A stretch of 64,000 bases of DNA from Chrysomallon squamiferum (lineage: Eukaryota; Animalia; Mollusca): NCBI GenBank assembly GCA_012295275.1, contig CM022670.1, positions 19,034,001 through 19,098,000 of the forward strand, read 5' to 3'. The notes below the pieces were generated by a model, which saw only the letters and a program-made list of their open reading frames with translations, searched no databases and was not told where the DNA came from. The translations under genes were made by a program, and so were the position numbers. Every line of letters begins with the position of its first letter. Position 1 is the first letter of the stretch. Shown here piece by piece: positions 42,414 to 56,302 of the stretch.

Positions 42414-42481
42414 CTAATGCTCTATGAAATATTGCAACAGTCCCATCAGCTAGAGCAACAAGCACTCGACCTTTGACATGA
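42414..42481 (-). CDS. MAPK8IP3: JIP3 exon [23 protein letters not shown]
   Basis: ttttcag|T CAT...TTA G|gtaata, 68 nt, phase 2-1. Confidence 0.96.
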
Positions 42482-42956
42482 CTGAAAAAATCATAAACAA
42501 TTAACTAAATAGATTAAGATGTAATTGTGAATATTACAAATGACATAAAAGAGTATTTAATGAAACAAAGAAATATAATTAATAACAATACAAAATAACT
42601 AAAACATTTTTTAAAAATTAATAAATAAATCTGTGGTAAAATTAGACACAACTGAATTAGACACAACTCTTAAAGAATTATAAATTATTTCTATTTTATT
42701 TCAAATTTTTATCAAATACATTTGAATATTCTGTGATGCTAGACAAACTGAGTTACATCCCTTATTTCCAAATCTTTACAGTGGGAATAAAAGGTTACTT
42801 CTTTTATAGTAGTTTTCTTTCTCTGTTTCCAATTTCTAAATACATATATTTGTACACACCTGTAAAATATACATATAAGATTTTGAAGAAAATGTGTTTG
42901 TGACTTTAAATTACTAGTAATATACAGTAAACAAAAGAAAAAAGAAAAAAACTTAC

Positions 42957-43037
42957 ACAATACTAAGTACAGAATCTCTCAACTTAACAGCATGCAGACA
43001 TCTTTTCCATTGTGCAACAGCTGAGTGTACATACAAA
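42957..43037 (-). CDS. MAPK8IP3: JIP3 exon [27 protein letters not shown]
   Basis: attacag|T TTG...ATT GT|gtaagt, 81 nt, phase 2-2. Confidence 0.96.
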
Positions 43038-43763
43038 CTGTAATAAAACAAATATATATTTTTAATTTTCCTCTATTAATTTTATACAGTAATGGAAAGC
43101 AACGAATGAATCACAACTAAAACTGCTTAGTGTTGCTAGGTGACTAGGTGTCCAACAGGAATAGTGGCTGAATAACTGAATGACTAAATAAATGACTATG
43201 TCTTCTTTTTGGGTGTTGTCACTGCTATAATAATTTAATTAATTTCAAACAGAGGATTTCAATTATGATTTAAATGTAAAACTAATTTTGATATAATACT
43301 TCTTAACTGTGGTTTATTTAGAAAATTAATTAATAACTACAACTACAACAAGGACAGACAGACACTGCAAGAGATAAATTAATATATATATTATGTGTGT
43401 ATTTTAAAATAAAAATACTTATTCTACAAAAACAAATCTATATGGCTATAAAGGTTATCTCCCTTCATGAAATTAATTACCTGAATTCATCATTAAATAA
43501 ATTATAACATGAAAGAAATATTTACCATTATTAAGTGTCAGACATGGTTTTTTGTGCTATGATGATACTAGAGAAAGAAAACCTGTTCTTACCAAGCAAC
43601 ACCAAGACATCTTTTCATAGACAATAAAATACAAACAACAGTGTTTCAATAAAACAGTCCTGGAGTTAATTCACTGAGCCATGGTAAGAAGTATTTACAT
43701 ACTGAAATCTATGTTACAATAGTTATAAGCAAGATATATTATTATAATTGATTAAAAACCCAC

Positions 43764-43986
43764 CTGCCACTCTGAGAACCCATCCACATGGTGGGAGCTA
43801 TACTATGCATCTTCTCCAGCTCACCATACTGCAGTTGATTGTCAGTGTTCAGTGTACTCAGACCATCACGTACAATGTCAGGCTGATCTGGAAGAGCTTT
43901 GTCTGTGCCATTTGATGATGATGGAGTTATTGTTCCTGATGATGGTGGAGACCCAGTTGCTCTGAATACAGTGGCACCTAGAGGAT
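43764..43986 (-). CDS. MAPK8IP3: JIP3 exon DPLGATVFRATGSPP...MHSIAPTMWMGSQSGS
   Basis: ttttcag|AT CCT...GGC AG|gtgggt, 223 nt, phase 1-2; PTMWxG motif. Confidence 0.94.
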
Positions 43987-44225
43987 CTGAAAAACAAATA
44001 TTGAAAGTTATATACCTATGCATCTCTGTAATATATGTATACTACAAAAAAAAAAAAAAATTACTATAGTTACTAATTCACTACAACAATAATAGTGCAC
44101 TATTATTAAATTTTTACAGATGTTTTTAAATGTAAGGTGAGTAACATATTTTTTAAATTACAGGATACATATACAATTGTTCCTTTTATGTCCTAAATGT
44201 TTTATTACTTATTAAAAATATGTAC

Positions 44226-44291
44226 CATCTTCTCCATTGTCTTTATTAATTTCATCCGAACCTTTTTCTCTTCCTTCATTAGAACCGTCAT
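44226..44291 (-). CDS. MAPK8IP3: JIP3 exon DDGSNEGREKGSDEINKDNGED (linker)
   Basis: tgttacag|AT GAC...GAT G|gtacat, 66 nt, phase 1-1. Confidence 0.82.
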
Positions 44292-44636
44292 CTGTAACAC
44301 AAGAGTTAAATCACTTAAAAATTATATTAATTTCTGAAAGAAGTTATATTTGTAAAAAAAAATATATTTTTCCTTCTTTTAGGGTGGGGGTGAAGATGAA
44401 AGAACATTTAAAATTTATATGTAGTGTTAGATGTGATATACTTATTAATCTGTCTCTGGATGATACACAAATACGTTTTTTTACTTTTTTAAAGGAAAAT
44501 CTTTATGCTAATGACCATGCTGTGTTTGCTTTTATTCATTATTTTTAAGAAGAATACTAACATAAAAAAATAAATAAATAAATAATAATAAAAATATAGT
44601 TCTATAGAAACATATAAAATTTTAACATATAAATAC

Positions 44637-44693
44637 CATTAGCTGCAGCATGCAGGGCATCGCTGACCTCAGCATCAGTTTCTGGACTCATTT
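44637..44693 (-). CDS. MAPK8IP3: JIP3 exon EMSPETDAEVSDALHAAAN (linker)
   Basis: gaactag|AA ATG...AAT G|gtattt, 57 nt, phase 1-1. Confidence 0.82.
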
Positions 44694-45186
44694 CTAGTTC
44701 AAAAAGATAAATAGGACTGTGAAAATATTTACAACAAAATTTAATTTTTAGAGACTATTATCAAAGCAGAATTTTCTATTCCAAGAAGAAATCTACATTT
44801 TATCTTTTTGCATACGGTTCTTGAGAACGTCTTTTCATTAACATATATCATATATAACCTGATTCTTAAGTTTCAATATTAAATAATGAATTATCTCTAT
44901 GCAATCACCTGATACTGGTTTTAAATAATATTTATTAAATAAACAAAATAAAATAAAATTAGATTTTAAGTTTATTTATTCACTAAGAAAGAAACAAAAA
45001 ACAGTCTATTTATCAGATATTATTTTTAAAATATTAACATTTTATCTATAAATAAATAAATAAGTAAGTAAGTTAACACAACTAAATTTGCATAAATAAA
45101 ATTTGAAATTGAACAAATGAAAAACAAAAAAAAAAATTAAAAAAAAAAAAACAGGATAGACTAAAATAATTAATTATTTGAAATAC

Positions 45187-45402
45187 CTTTTGAGCCATGA
45201 GGAGAGCCTACAGGTGACACTTGAGTTTCTTGTCCAGTGAGGCCAGTTGAACACTGCACAAAAGTGATTCCTCCAATGCCACTGTTTTCACCAGACTGTC
45301 CTGATTCATGATTTCCAGTCGACACTACAGTCTCCTGTGGTAACTCTGCAACTTCAGCATTCAGAATCTCTTCAGCTACTGGGTAATCAGATTCCATTGC
45401 TC
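45187..45402 (-). CDS. MAPK8IP3: JIP3 exon AMESDYPVAEE...GGITFVQCST...HGSK
   Basis: attcag|GA GCA...AAA G|gtattt, 216 nt, phase 1-1. Confidence 0.92.
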
Positions 45403-45464
45403 CTGAATATGCAAGTAAAAGTTCACTGTTTATATATGTATGTATATGTGTGTGTGTTAGTGTG

Positions 45465-45466
<2 letters not shown>

Positions 45467-45539
<73 letters not shown>
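45467..45539. repeat. (TG)n microsatellite
   Basis: Direct reading. Confidence 0.95.
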
Positions 45540-45540
<1 letters not shown>

Positions 45541-45645
45541 CATTTTAACACTTGTAATTCATTTTTAGGTTATAAAATAACAGTTAATTTTTATACACAT
45601 GCAAACACATAATAAATAAATAAATATTTTTGGCATTAGGCTCAC

Positions 45646-45823
45646 CTGGAACACTAGATATACACAGCAAATGTGTAGATGAAACACGGAATGAATCCAG
45701 TATATCACCTGGATTGTTTGCATCTATCACTGAGATGCGACTAGATGAATGTGTGCTTGTACAGATCCACACAAGAGAAGACAACTGCTCCTTTTCTGAC
45801 ACTTTCAGGTTCTTTTCATGTTC
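45646..45823 (-). CDS. MAPK8IP3: JIP3 exon ...LSSLVWICTSTHSSSRISVIDANNPGDILDSFRVSSTHLLCISSVPG
   Basis: ataccag|GAA...CCA G|gtgagc, 178 nt, phase 0-1. Confidence 0.95.
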
Positions 45824-46204
45824 CTGGTATAAAAAATAAAAATTTGGTGAACTATCTTAACATCTGCTAAAAATGTAGTCAGATTACTGTAATTTAATTT
45901 TATTAATAAGAATAAATTTGGTTAATATTGAAACGTGACAGAAATATGGATTTCCTACAAAATGTAATGAAAGCTGCCATTTTCTTCTTTTATTTTATGT
46001 ATTTGATACATTATCATATACAGAAATATAATAACAGAAACAACAACTTTGAATTATTCTTGCTTCTTATATAAATTTTCAAATAATGTATCTTTGGAAC
46101 AGATGATCCATTAGTTTTGTTTTTAAAAGTTCTCGGTTTCAATCTAGTTTTAATCTGAAAAGAATACTTTAACACATAACAATTAATTTGATTCATAAAA
46201 TAAT

Positions 46205-46246
<42 letters not shown>

Positions 46247-46307
46247 TAATATAATTTCTTACTATTACATGTATCTGTAAATAAAAAATAATTTGTTTAA
46301 TGCATAC

Positions 46308-46466
46308 TTTAAGTTCCTGATTAAGTTTTTCAACCTCATCTTTGGTTTCCTTACGATTTTCTTGTTCAGTATCTGGTGGGTTGGAGTAGAAGATACTGGC
46401 CCCTACTATTGATCCACCATCCCTGGTCCTTCCTCCAGTTAGGTTCACACCTGCAGCACACCAGAT
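46308..46466 (-). CDS. MAPK8IP3: JIP3 exon IWCAAGVNLTGGRTRDGGSIVGASIFYS...LNQELK
   Basis: ttttcag|ATC...CTT AAA|gtatgc, 159 nt, phase 0-0. Confidence 0.95.
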
Positions 46467-48238
46467 CTGAAAAACATTTTAAAAAATGTTTGGATTTTAA
46501 ATTGAATGATTTTGTTAAAAGTATTAAAATCAATTTAAAAAAGTTCTTTTGTGTGTGTGTGTGTGTGTGCATTTGTATATATAAATAAAATAAACTCAGT
46601 GGATAAAATAGGGCCATGTTATGCTTTAAACATTAATAAGTAACTCCCTTTAATCTTCATTTTCATTTGTAAAATATCTACTTGATATTATGTAAGTCAC
46701 TAATTGATTATTTTTAACATTTGTAATTAGTCCAATATCATGCAAAGAAAAATGTTTCTGTTTTTCAAGCTGCAGACATTGCAATAAATTAGAAACAAAA
46801 CTTTATGAAACTATTTTTTTTTAAAGTATACCTGTTTTAATGTTTATATTTTGAAGAGAATATGTCCAATAATACAACATTTTGAGATTAAATTGATCTA
46901 CAAATTAACTCTGATATCAGTTAAGATGAACCCATTTTGCCAAAAGAAAAAAATAATTCTTCTGCAGTTTTCAAGTACATAATCAGATTTGCTGTAAATT
47001 TGTTTACTTTTTCATTTGTTACTTTTGAGATTAAATATAAATCTATTTACATACATAAAGTTAACCATGTTAAAAAAAAACTAGGAATTAGTAACATAAA
47101 AAAATATATTTCTGAATTTGGAATAGAAAACTTTTTCATTAAAGTTAATTTAAGAAATAATTATTTGTATTATCTAGAATTAATTATTTTCAAATACAAG
47201 ACAAAATAAAACAAAGAAACAAATTAATAAATAAATAAATAAGCATAATGATATATTCTATACATTTATTATGTTTTAATAACTTATCTTTTATACTACA
47301 TTCATCCTTTAAGTTATTTTTGATAAGGAAAGCAGTTTATATGAAAGTTATCTATGAAATAATAAAAATAATAAAAATGTTTACAAATGACTTTTAATCA
47401 AATTACATTTTCAAAAAGAAAATTTGGAATAATTTAGCCTGTCTAATGGAATATATTATTTTCCACAAAATATAAACATTAACTGTATTTGTTTTGAAAA
47501 TAAATAAAAATAAAGGATAATTTGGAAGAAAAATAAATAAAACTGGATATTCTAAGGGAAAATCAATGCACCATTATTATAGCATGGCACCATAACCTTT
47601 GATGTTTCATTTGCACTGAACTTTGGAGAAAAGTGGGATAAATGTTAATAACTGCTATTCTACAACTGATTAGTTATTATATTTCACACAGTCATTATAT
47701 TTCTCTTTTTTTTTGCAGAGCAATTGTCATCATGACAATTCTAAATTTAAGTTAGATCTCTTTTAACTTCAGAAAAATACTTCTAAACATATTTTAGTGG
47801 TTTTCCTAAATATAATTCTAAAAGTATATTTTTAAAATTTATTGTTTAAATAAATGTCTATAATAAGTGGTTTAATTTTATTATATATTATTGTTTAGAA
47901 CAAATTATCAACATTGGTAGCTTATGCTATGCTCGGTGAAACCAAACTTTAATCAAAATAACCATGTTAATAACTACTTCTAGTCTAATACCAATAAAGG
48001 TCATTTCATTTAAACAAAACAGATAAAGGCTTTTTAAAATCATTTTGAATGGAGTTCTTCTGTATAATTCAAAACTGTTCAAAATAATTTCATATAAAAA
48101 ATTTAACAAATATATATTTTTTCTTTTTTGAAAATTGAAACCATGAATAGTACTTGATGATTTTAATATTACTAATAGTTTTTCAATTAAATAATTGTAC
48201 AGGTAGTTCATTAACTATAAATACCCTGTAAATCGCAT

Positions 48239-48272
<34 letters not shown>

Positions 48273-48412
48273 TACACACATATATATACACATATATATA
48301 TAATAAATAAAAAAGTTGAAAATTAACAAGCAAAACAAAATGTCAAATGAACAGTAAAAAGGAATAACCAAATCTTCTGTTTTAAAAAATAAATAAAAAT
48401 AAATAAACTCAC

Positions 48413-48421
48413 AGGTTCCAA
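48413..48421 (-). CDS. MAPK8IP3: Candidate 9-nt microexon (LEP)
   Basis: ...ggcttgctatcag|TTG GAA CCT|gtgagt; phase 0-0 matching host intron; UGC just upstream of the AG, U-rich tract further upstream. Confidence 0.6.
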
Positions 48422-50063
48422 CTGATAGCAAGCCTCCACAAATGAACAGTAAAAACAAATTTAGTTTTACTAATTATGAGAGTAATTTAAGATGTATAAT
48501 TTATATTTTAAATAATCATGCATTATTACATCTGATGAGTATTTGAGAATGACCAATAATTAAGCTATTTCTATCTACATTTTTATATACCTATTTATTA
48601 TTATTATGTTTGTGTGTGTGTGTGCATGTGTGTGTTTTGTTTAATTCAGTGTGGTGTAAGTAAAACAAGTGAAAATCAGTTATAAAACAATAAAACAAAT
48701 CTTTTAAATGTTCTTCTATAACAAGTATTTACGATAATTATTACTATTATTACATTAGAGGTTGAAGTGTAAGCATTTTTGTACATATGATCGGGTAGAT
48801 GTGTGCATAACTTAAATATATTTATCTTAGTTTGAGAAGTTCAAATTTGCTGTATGAAGTCTGACTTAGAATATATTACTACATTATTTATTTATTTATT
48901 TTATTATTATTATTTTTTTTTATCCTGCCTGCTATCAGTCCATGATCAAAACAAAAATTAAACAACTTAAACAAGATATTTTTCTGTACTTTGTTATTTA
49001 ACTCACAATTAAATCCATAGAGAATGACTGCAAAAAATAAAAAGGAAAAAGATGTCCACTAACAATTAACATGCAAGAAAGTCACTTCAATTTAGAATAG
49101 TTGTTGTTACAGTAGTACTAGTGGTAGTAATAGTAATGGTGATTTTGGTGTAACATTAGTAGATGCAGTAGTAAATTTAGCAGTAGTAGTGGTTTTTGTT
49201 GATGGTGTTAGTTCTGATGATAGTGTAGTATAATAATATACTGGCTCTTGTTTACATGTCAAATCATGTCACATGGCTACAGTGATTATTTATCTGCTTA
49301 TCAAAAAATTCACATATACAAATATATAAAATGCTGGCAAATAATTATGGATTTGTTTGGTAGACAATAATTATTTATCGTAACTGAACTTCAATAAACT
49401 TTGAAATGGTGACAATACAAGCCAATTTCTGAATTACCATGAATATCACTAGAACATTGATCAAAAGTGCTATACAGTCTAATACTGTACTTTAGAATGA
49501 AGTAAAGTCTGAATAATAGTAATCCATGCAACAAACAATAATTATAAGGCATACACAAATGCATACTAGCATGCACATATATGTATACACATTACCACAT
49601 GTTCCAGTTTAAAACTATAATTATTCATATCATTTTCATCTTTGTTTATAATATGCGTGTGTGCACTGATGACCAAATTACTAATTCATACAAGAAGGTG
49701 CAGCTTTAGGATGGTGAGGGAGACTGAATCTCATTATTCATAATGATCCATCATCTTTGCACTCACTATAAACTATTTATTCTTGTAAACCTTAATGGTC
49801 CACAATCTTCACTGATCCCTGATAAGATTTAAATGTTCATAATTTTCTGGTGCAATTCAAGGACATAGAAAACAAATTAAAGCTTAAATACACATATTTT
49901 GAATTAAAACCAAAAACACACATATTTCATAACAAACATAAAAACAACAAACCAAAAAACTACAACAAAAAGTAACAAAAAAACCCTAACAATATGTACA
50001 TCCAGACTTAATTACTGTAGATTACAAAAATAAACTAATAAACAAAATATAATTCATATTAAC

Positions 50064-50289
50064 CTTTAGCCCTGTTTCTTTATCCAGTAAAGGTCTGCAG
50101 TAAACAGGAACTGGGACAGGAACTCCACTCTTGCCATGAGACTCTTTAGAGATTTGAGGTGTGAATTTTGCTGGCAAACTCCAGCCATAAGCTTGCATCC
50201 TTCCATCATCCTTTTTAACATGAGCTCGAACCTGTTTATATTGTTCTCGTCTTTCCTTCTCTCGTTCCTTTTTAACTTTCTCTGATGTT
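50064..50289 (-). CDS. MAPK8IP3: JIP3 exon ...RREQYKQVRAHVKKDDGRMQAYGWSLP...PVPVYCRPLLDKETGLK
   Basis: atcacag|A ACA...CTA AAG|gttaat, 226 nt, phase 2-0. Confidence 0.96.
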
Positions 50290-50538
50290 CTGTGATTGGA
50301 AATAATTTTAAAAAGAAAATAAGTTTTTTTTAATCTATTTTCACTGATGAAATAAGGACATTTATATGAATGTAGAAAAGATGATAAATTTGAAAAGAAA
50401 ATTCAAGAAAAAACATGTACAATTAAATTAGAAAAGTTAGATAATGGCCCATTGTTAATATATGTTGCTGTAACATAATATTAGCTGAAAAGATCACCCA
50501 AGACATTAAAGAAATCCGGTTTTTGCATATCTACTTAC

Positions 50539-50721
50539 ACATCATCCTGTAAAAAGTCAAAGGCCTTAGATTTCTGTCCCAAGTTGTATTTTTCTCTCTG
50601 TTTTTTGTTTGGGTCTCCCACTGGCTGGACTTGAGTTGTAGGTGCACTGTACTTCACTGTAGCCAAGGGAAGAGGTGTGGTTCTTTTGGGTTTATTAGGA
50701 GAGCTGAACAGGTTACCAAAA
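50539..50721 (-). CDS. MAPK8IP3: JIP3 exon FGNLFSSPNKPKRTTPLP...KAFDFLQDDV
   Basis: ttttcag|T TTT...GAT GT|gtaagt, 183 nt, phase 2-2. Confidence 0.93.
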
Positions 50722-53700
50722 CTGAAAAATGCATATTAAGTGTAATAAGAAAATAAACAAAAATGTACATTTTATTTTAATTCATTTTGAATTTATAAAA
50801 GGTTTTCAGATTCAGATGATCCGAACGCCCTTTCAATCATATAGCTTCTTTTTAATTTGTATATTACATTCATACAGGATTTTAATGGTCCAGATAGTCA
50901 GTTTTCTCATATGTCATATTTTGTTGTTTTTAAAATGATCCTAATAAATTGTAATAGTTTTTCTTCTTTCTTTTTCATTGCCTATGCTGAATTTGTGAAT
51001 TAAATAATTACAGATATAAATAATCCAGTCTTTATATTGTGTAATTATCATTTTACTTTTTTCGTTTGTATCTCAAATTTTGGATAGTCACTTCTTTATA
51101 TGCACTTCATATTATAATTATACAGAACAGTCTTGAAATCTTGATTAAGTAAAGTTATTTTTGCTTGTAAATTTAATCCTCACAGCCTTGTTATTTTTGA
51201 ATTAAATACACTTTTTTTTTTCTTTTATTAAATTCTGATAATACTGGTGTCAGAACCATAATTCTGCTTTGTTTATTCTCATTTTAGTTTGATTTGTTGC
51301 TGGGTTTTTTATTTACATTGTTTTGTTTCGTTTATTAAAAAAAAAAAAAAAAAAAAATTTAATTTGTAATTGCTATTATATGAGAGTAATGATCAGGAAT
51401 GTATAACTACAGAAGTCCACAGAGCTGATAATTATATTTTTTGTTCTCCAGCTTAGGATAGATATGGATGTCAAAGAGTATGATACAATAGCATTCTTTA
51501 ACAGCTATATAAAATTAGTTTAAATTTACAATATTTCAAAGAATAATTGCATTCAAATTCCAATTTTTTTTTATGAAACCAGTATTGCAAACAGTTCACA
51601 AAAGTATTTTTTTTTATAATTTAATTTACCAAACTAACTTTAAGATGGCTATATAAACATTAATATAGTTTTTAAAACAAATTTATTATATACCTGTTTT
51701 ATTGTCGTTGTTTTGTTTTGTTTTGTTATGCAATATATTATTTTCTGTTTCATTTTATCACTTCAAAAAGCAGGCAAATAAAGTAATGTCAATAAAACAT
51801 TTTCATTATGGTCAAAATAATTTTCAGTGAATTTGTTTTATTATTATTTATTTATTTATATATCACTTTGTTTCATATATTCATTTTTAAATTTTATTAT
51901 TTGGACTGCATGATGGTGATAATAACAATTTGTTAAAAACTAAAACAACAAAACATTATCAATTCTTGAGACTGCACTAATACAATGTTATTTCCAAGAG
52001 ATCTTTTGTGAACCTGCATGCATTCATACAAAAAAAATAAAAATAAAAAAGCAAATGAAAATTCATAGCAGTGTTGTTTCTGAAAATAGATTTCTTATAA
52101 TTATTTTCTAAAAGTGTGCAGTTTTAATTTTTTCTAATATTTATCCAAGATTCATTTTACAATATATATATATATATAACTTTATAGATGTTTATTATTA
52201 AGTTTTGTCTATTTTAAAACAGGGCCTTATATGGATAAGCAAAGTAACTGGATTTTTATTTATTTATCATTATTCTCACAAATCAGCAGTTTCAGTAATT
52301 TCAGTGTTTTCAGTCTAATAATGTATGTTATTGCTTTTTAAAAACAGTTTGTAGTACAATTAACTTTTTAAATAGTCTTATCTCACATTTAAAGGAAAAA
52401 ATATTAACAATCCCAAGTCCAATTTAAATGTAACAGCAGTACAATATTTTCTCTTCTAGATTAAGTAGATCTGCATATTTTCTGTTTATAACAGAAACAT
52501 TCTATTAATTTTGTTTTTCCTTAATGAGAAAACTGCAAATATGTGCTCCTCTTCTACCAACCTTTAAAATCATTATCATTTTGTTTTTCAAATTAATATT
52601 TTAATAATTTAACAGAATCTAAATATCTTGGTTGGCTCCTTTGTTTTGGGGTTTTTGTTTTTCACATTTCAAGTGGTGTACTGTAGTAGTAGGAATTACA
52701 CTTATGGATTCCACCATTCCATCTGTCTGAATCAGACAGTGATGTTTTCACTATCTTGAGTAAGCAATACAGAAGAATAAGTGTTAGCCCTTCACAAGAT
52801 ATTATGACTGTCCTTTTTGTTTTGCAAAACCACAAAACTGTAAAAGTAAAGTGTAGCAGTAACTTAAAATAAAGTGAGGCAATGACAAAGCCAGGATTTT
52901 AATGAATCAAGCAGTTTCTTAATCTGTTAAAAAATCATATTCTGTTACCCACTGAGAAGAGTTTTGATTTGTCTTTATTTTCTTTTCTTTGGTTTTACTC
53001 TGCAGCATGTTTTTAACTTGTTAATTTCCCTTCCTTTAAATTAAAGGATATTTTACTATATATATAAATAAATATCATTATATGTTGTTGTTGTTGTTTT
53101 TTATCCTACTTCTGACAGGATATATTGTTTCAAGATATAAAGGAACTACCAGTATTTAGTGATTATTCATTTGAAGATTGTTTCACTTAGTTCTGAATGA
53201 AAGGTGAGGTATAATCTACCAATATAATCTTTTTTTCTCTTTTTTTTCTGTATGCCTGTTGTCTATTTATTATTCAGCAAATCCCCACAAATCTATTAAA
53301 AGTTGCATTTAGCTCTGTCAAGGCACTTTCGTAATCTATTTAAGCTAATCACTGTGAATAGCTATAAAGCAACATTATGCAATGTCTCTATTTAATATGT
53401 AAAAAACCAAATGAGACATCTGTCAGCTGTTAATTAAAATGTGGTACGGTGTTTTCAAACCAGCAGAATTTTGTTCTTCTGCAAACCATATATTTTGTAT
53501 TGTGAAATTAAATATTTAATATCATGTACAGGTATTGAAAATTAAAAAGTTTGTGGGCAGAGTATATACTTGGCAGTGTAGGAGTTAATGTATATTATAA
53601 TTTAATGTTATTGGCCTTTAGGTAATTTAAAAATAATTGACTTATTCATCTGGGATTTTTTTCAATTGTGTTATGTAATGTTTGTAAAACTTTCTCATAT

Positions 53701-55496
53701 CAATTTAATCACTATTAACAAATTACTTAATTAAAAAACCTAGAGAAATACTTAATCCAGTAAAAGAAAATTACTGCCTTGTTTCCTGGTTTATTATCTG
53801 TCGATTCAGAATAATAATTAAAAACAAACATGCATAACCCAGACTATTTGCAAATAAGCAATGGGTAGGTTTATCAAAATGGAAATATTTACGCAGAAAG
53901 CACTAGCAAAGCAACTAAAATAACTTCACAACACAGTGCTAGATAACTAATACTAATATAATTTCTTGCCATTTTGATCCATATTAATAACAGAAAACAG
54001 AGTAATGAAGAAATTTTATTTCTGTAAAATACAATTCAGTAGATATGATAGAAATAAAGATTCTTTTTTTTTTTTTTTTTGTAATTATTATTTTTTTTAT
54101 GCTATGCAAACATTTGCACAAAAAAATTTATAAATAAAATGTTTAACAAATTCACAAACAAAAACATAACAATTCAACAAAGCAACCAACTGGGATCAAC
54201 ATGGATCAAATATGGCAGAAAATAAACAATTTACTGCAAAGAAACCAAAGGAAAAAAACATCTAACAAGCATGCAAAACAGAGAAAGGACTGCTGAGTGC
54301 CAAGGACAAAATCTAATTAAATTATTACGAAATAAATAAAATATTTTCATGAAGTACATTTTTGTTTTGTAAAGAGACAGTGATATTTTACTTTAAATTA
54401 CATTTTCTACAATAATAATTTTGCTCTTTTGTTTTTCTTATTCTCAAAAATAACATTTACTTATTTTCAGATTTCATTATGAACCTTTTTACAAAACAAT
54501 AAAATGATCTAAATGATAATTTATGAATCTGTACAGTGAAATAAAATAACATCAGTGCACATGCATTGTGAGAACTATCTGCTATAAAGTGAATTGATAT
54601 AAATCAGTAATTATCCTAATATTTGAACTTCTAAAATGCAGAAATGTTTGTACATTCATTATTTAAACATTTACAATAATTATGTTGAAGGCACTAAGGA
54701 AACTTATTTGTATTTTGAACATTTGCATGAGCAACATATATTAATATGTGTCTTATTTTATTTATTTATTTTTTAATATCATCCTTTAATTTATTTAATT
54801 TTTTCAAAGCAAGGCAAGTCTTTTCTTATTTGCATTTCCTATGTTAATATTTGACCTCACATTGATCCCAACTGACTTTACAGAACACTTGTTTTAACTT
54901 AATGTCCTGAGATTCCTTGCAATAGAATAATACAAATAAAGTTATTCATCCTCACACCATTCACAACCAGTTTTCTATATCAAAATATTTGTCATGTTAA
55001 CATTATTTAAACAAAGATAATAAAACAAACTCAGCTGTAACATATACCAAACTTATGAAATTCTGCAAAATATTATGCAGTATTCTGTAATGAAAAAAGT
55101 ATGTGTATGAACATGAACAATGTTATGAAGTATGAAAATAGGCACCATAAATGTTATTCCTCAAATACACTCTAGATTTTATAAAATTTTTGGTCTGAAT
55201 AAAATGTTAAAATAAATATCCTGATCACAAGGAAATGCCTTGGCTCTGAATCGAGAAACAGGCTGTCTGTTAGGGATACAGTTCAAAGAAGGTAACATTT
55301 AATGCAATAATATCTTGATTTGGATCAGTAAGCTACCATCATCAAATTTCTCAAATAACTAAATGACATCTTGACCATCTTAGTGCCCTGGTTTTGGGGT
55401 TTTTTTTTTTTTACTGAATATAAAAAATTTAAATGATGATGCATTTGAGAATTGGACTAGATAGTTGGGTTTTTTTTTTTAAAGTCATATTTAAAA

Positions 55497-55527
<31 letters not shown>

Positions 55528-56064
55528 CACAAAGAAATAAACCAACATATAATTATTTCCATAAAACCATTGCTCTCATACATTCATAAAATACAAATAC
55601 TCTGGCAGTGAAGGAGAAAAACTGAGGCAAGGAATCAAAGCAATGGATATCAAATGGATTTCAAATATCTAAAATAGCACAGAACAAACAACTTGCATAA
55701 ATTTCTGTTAGTATTTAACAATGAACTTAAATAAAACATTTTTTAAATGAACCTATTTTTCATTTCAGTTGAAAAATAACTTTTAAAATTTTTAAAAACT
55801 GAAATATAAAACTTTTTACTGATGATGTCTGAGGTATGTCAGATAAAAGTTTGAGTTTGTCATCCAAAATTTATATAAACTTCTCAGTTTTGTAAATACT
55901 CTACACCCAGTTATTCATAATCATCCTGTAATCAATCTCCAAGTAAACAACAGATATTATTACTGAGATCAAAACACCCTTAATAAAACTTTGTTTTCCT
56001 TAGGAAACCATTTGATAGCCATTTAAATATTAAAATTCCAAGAAAACAACTAACAGAAACTAGG

Positions 56065-56302
56065 CTATAGATGTTGTATATTAGAATTGCTGACTGGAGG
56101 TTTAGGTGTGGTTAATGTACAGATGGGTACAGGTGTTGTTAACTTTGGAGATTCATTATGAGACTGCTTTGGAATTGTAGTTAATGGTTCAGGTGGCAGC
56201 AGTTTAACTGGTCTAACAGGTGGTTTCTGCTCTTTATGTTTGAGTTCATTTGATGAAGATGATGAAGAAGAAGTGTCAGAGGTCACGACAATGTTGCTGA
56301 AA
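56065..56302 (-). CDS. MAPK8IP3: Candidate alternative terminal exon of JIP3 (F-FSNIVVTSDTSSSSSSNELKHKEQKPPVRPVKLLPPEP...NIQHL*)
   Basis: tgcatgtttag|T TTC AGC AAC ATT; phase 2, matching the RH2 exon donor; 78 open codons in AT-rich intron; start resembles the constitutive F-FGNLF exon. Confidence 0.7.

Noticed and set aside
53893-53914. 10- or 22-nt exon-like unit with UGC-rich acceptors
   Set aside because: Neither length preserves frame and the donor (C|gtaaat) is weak
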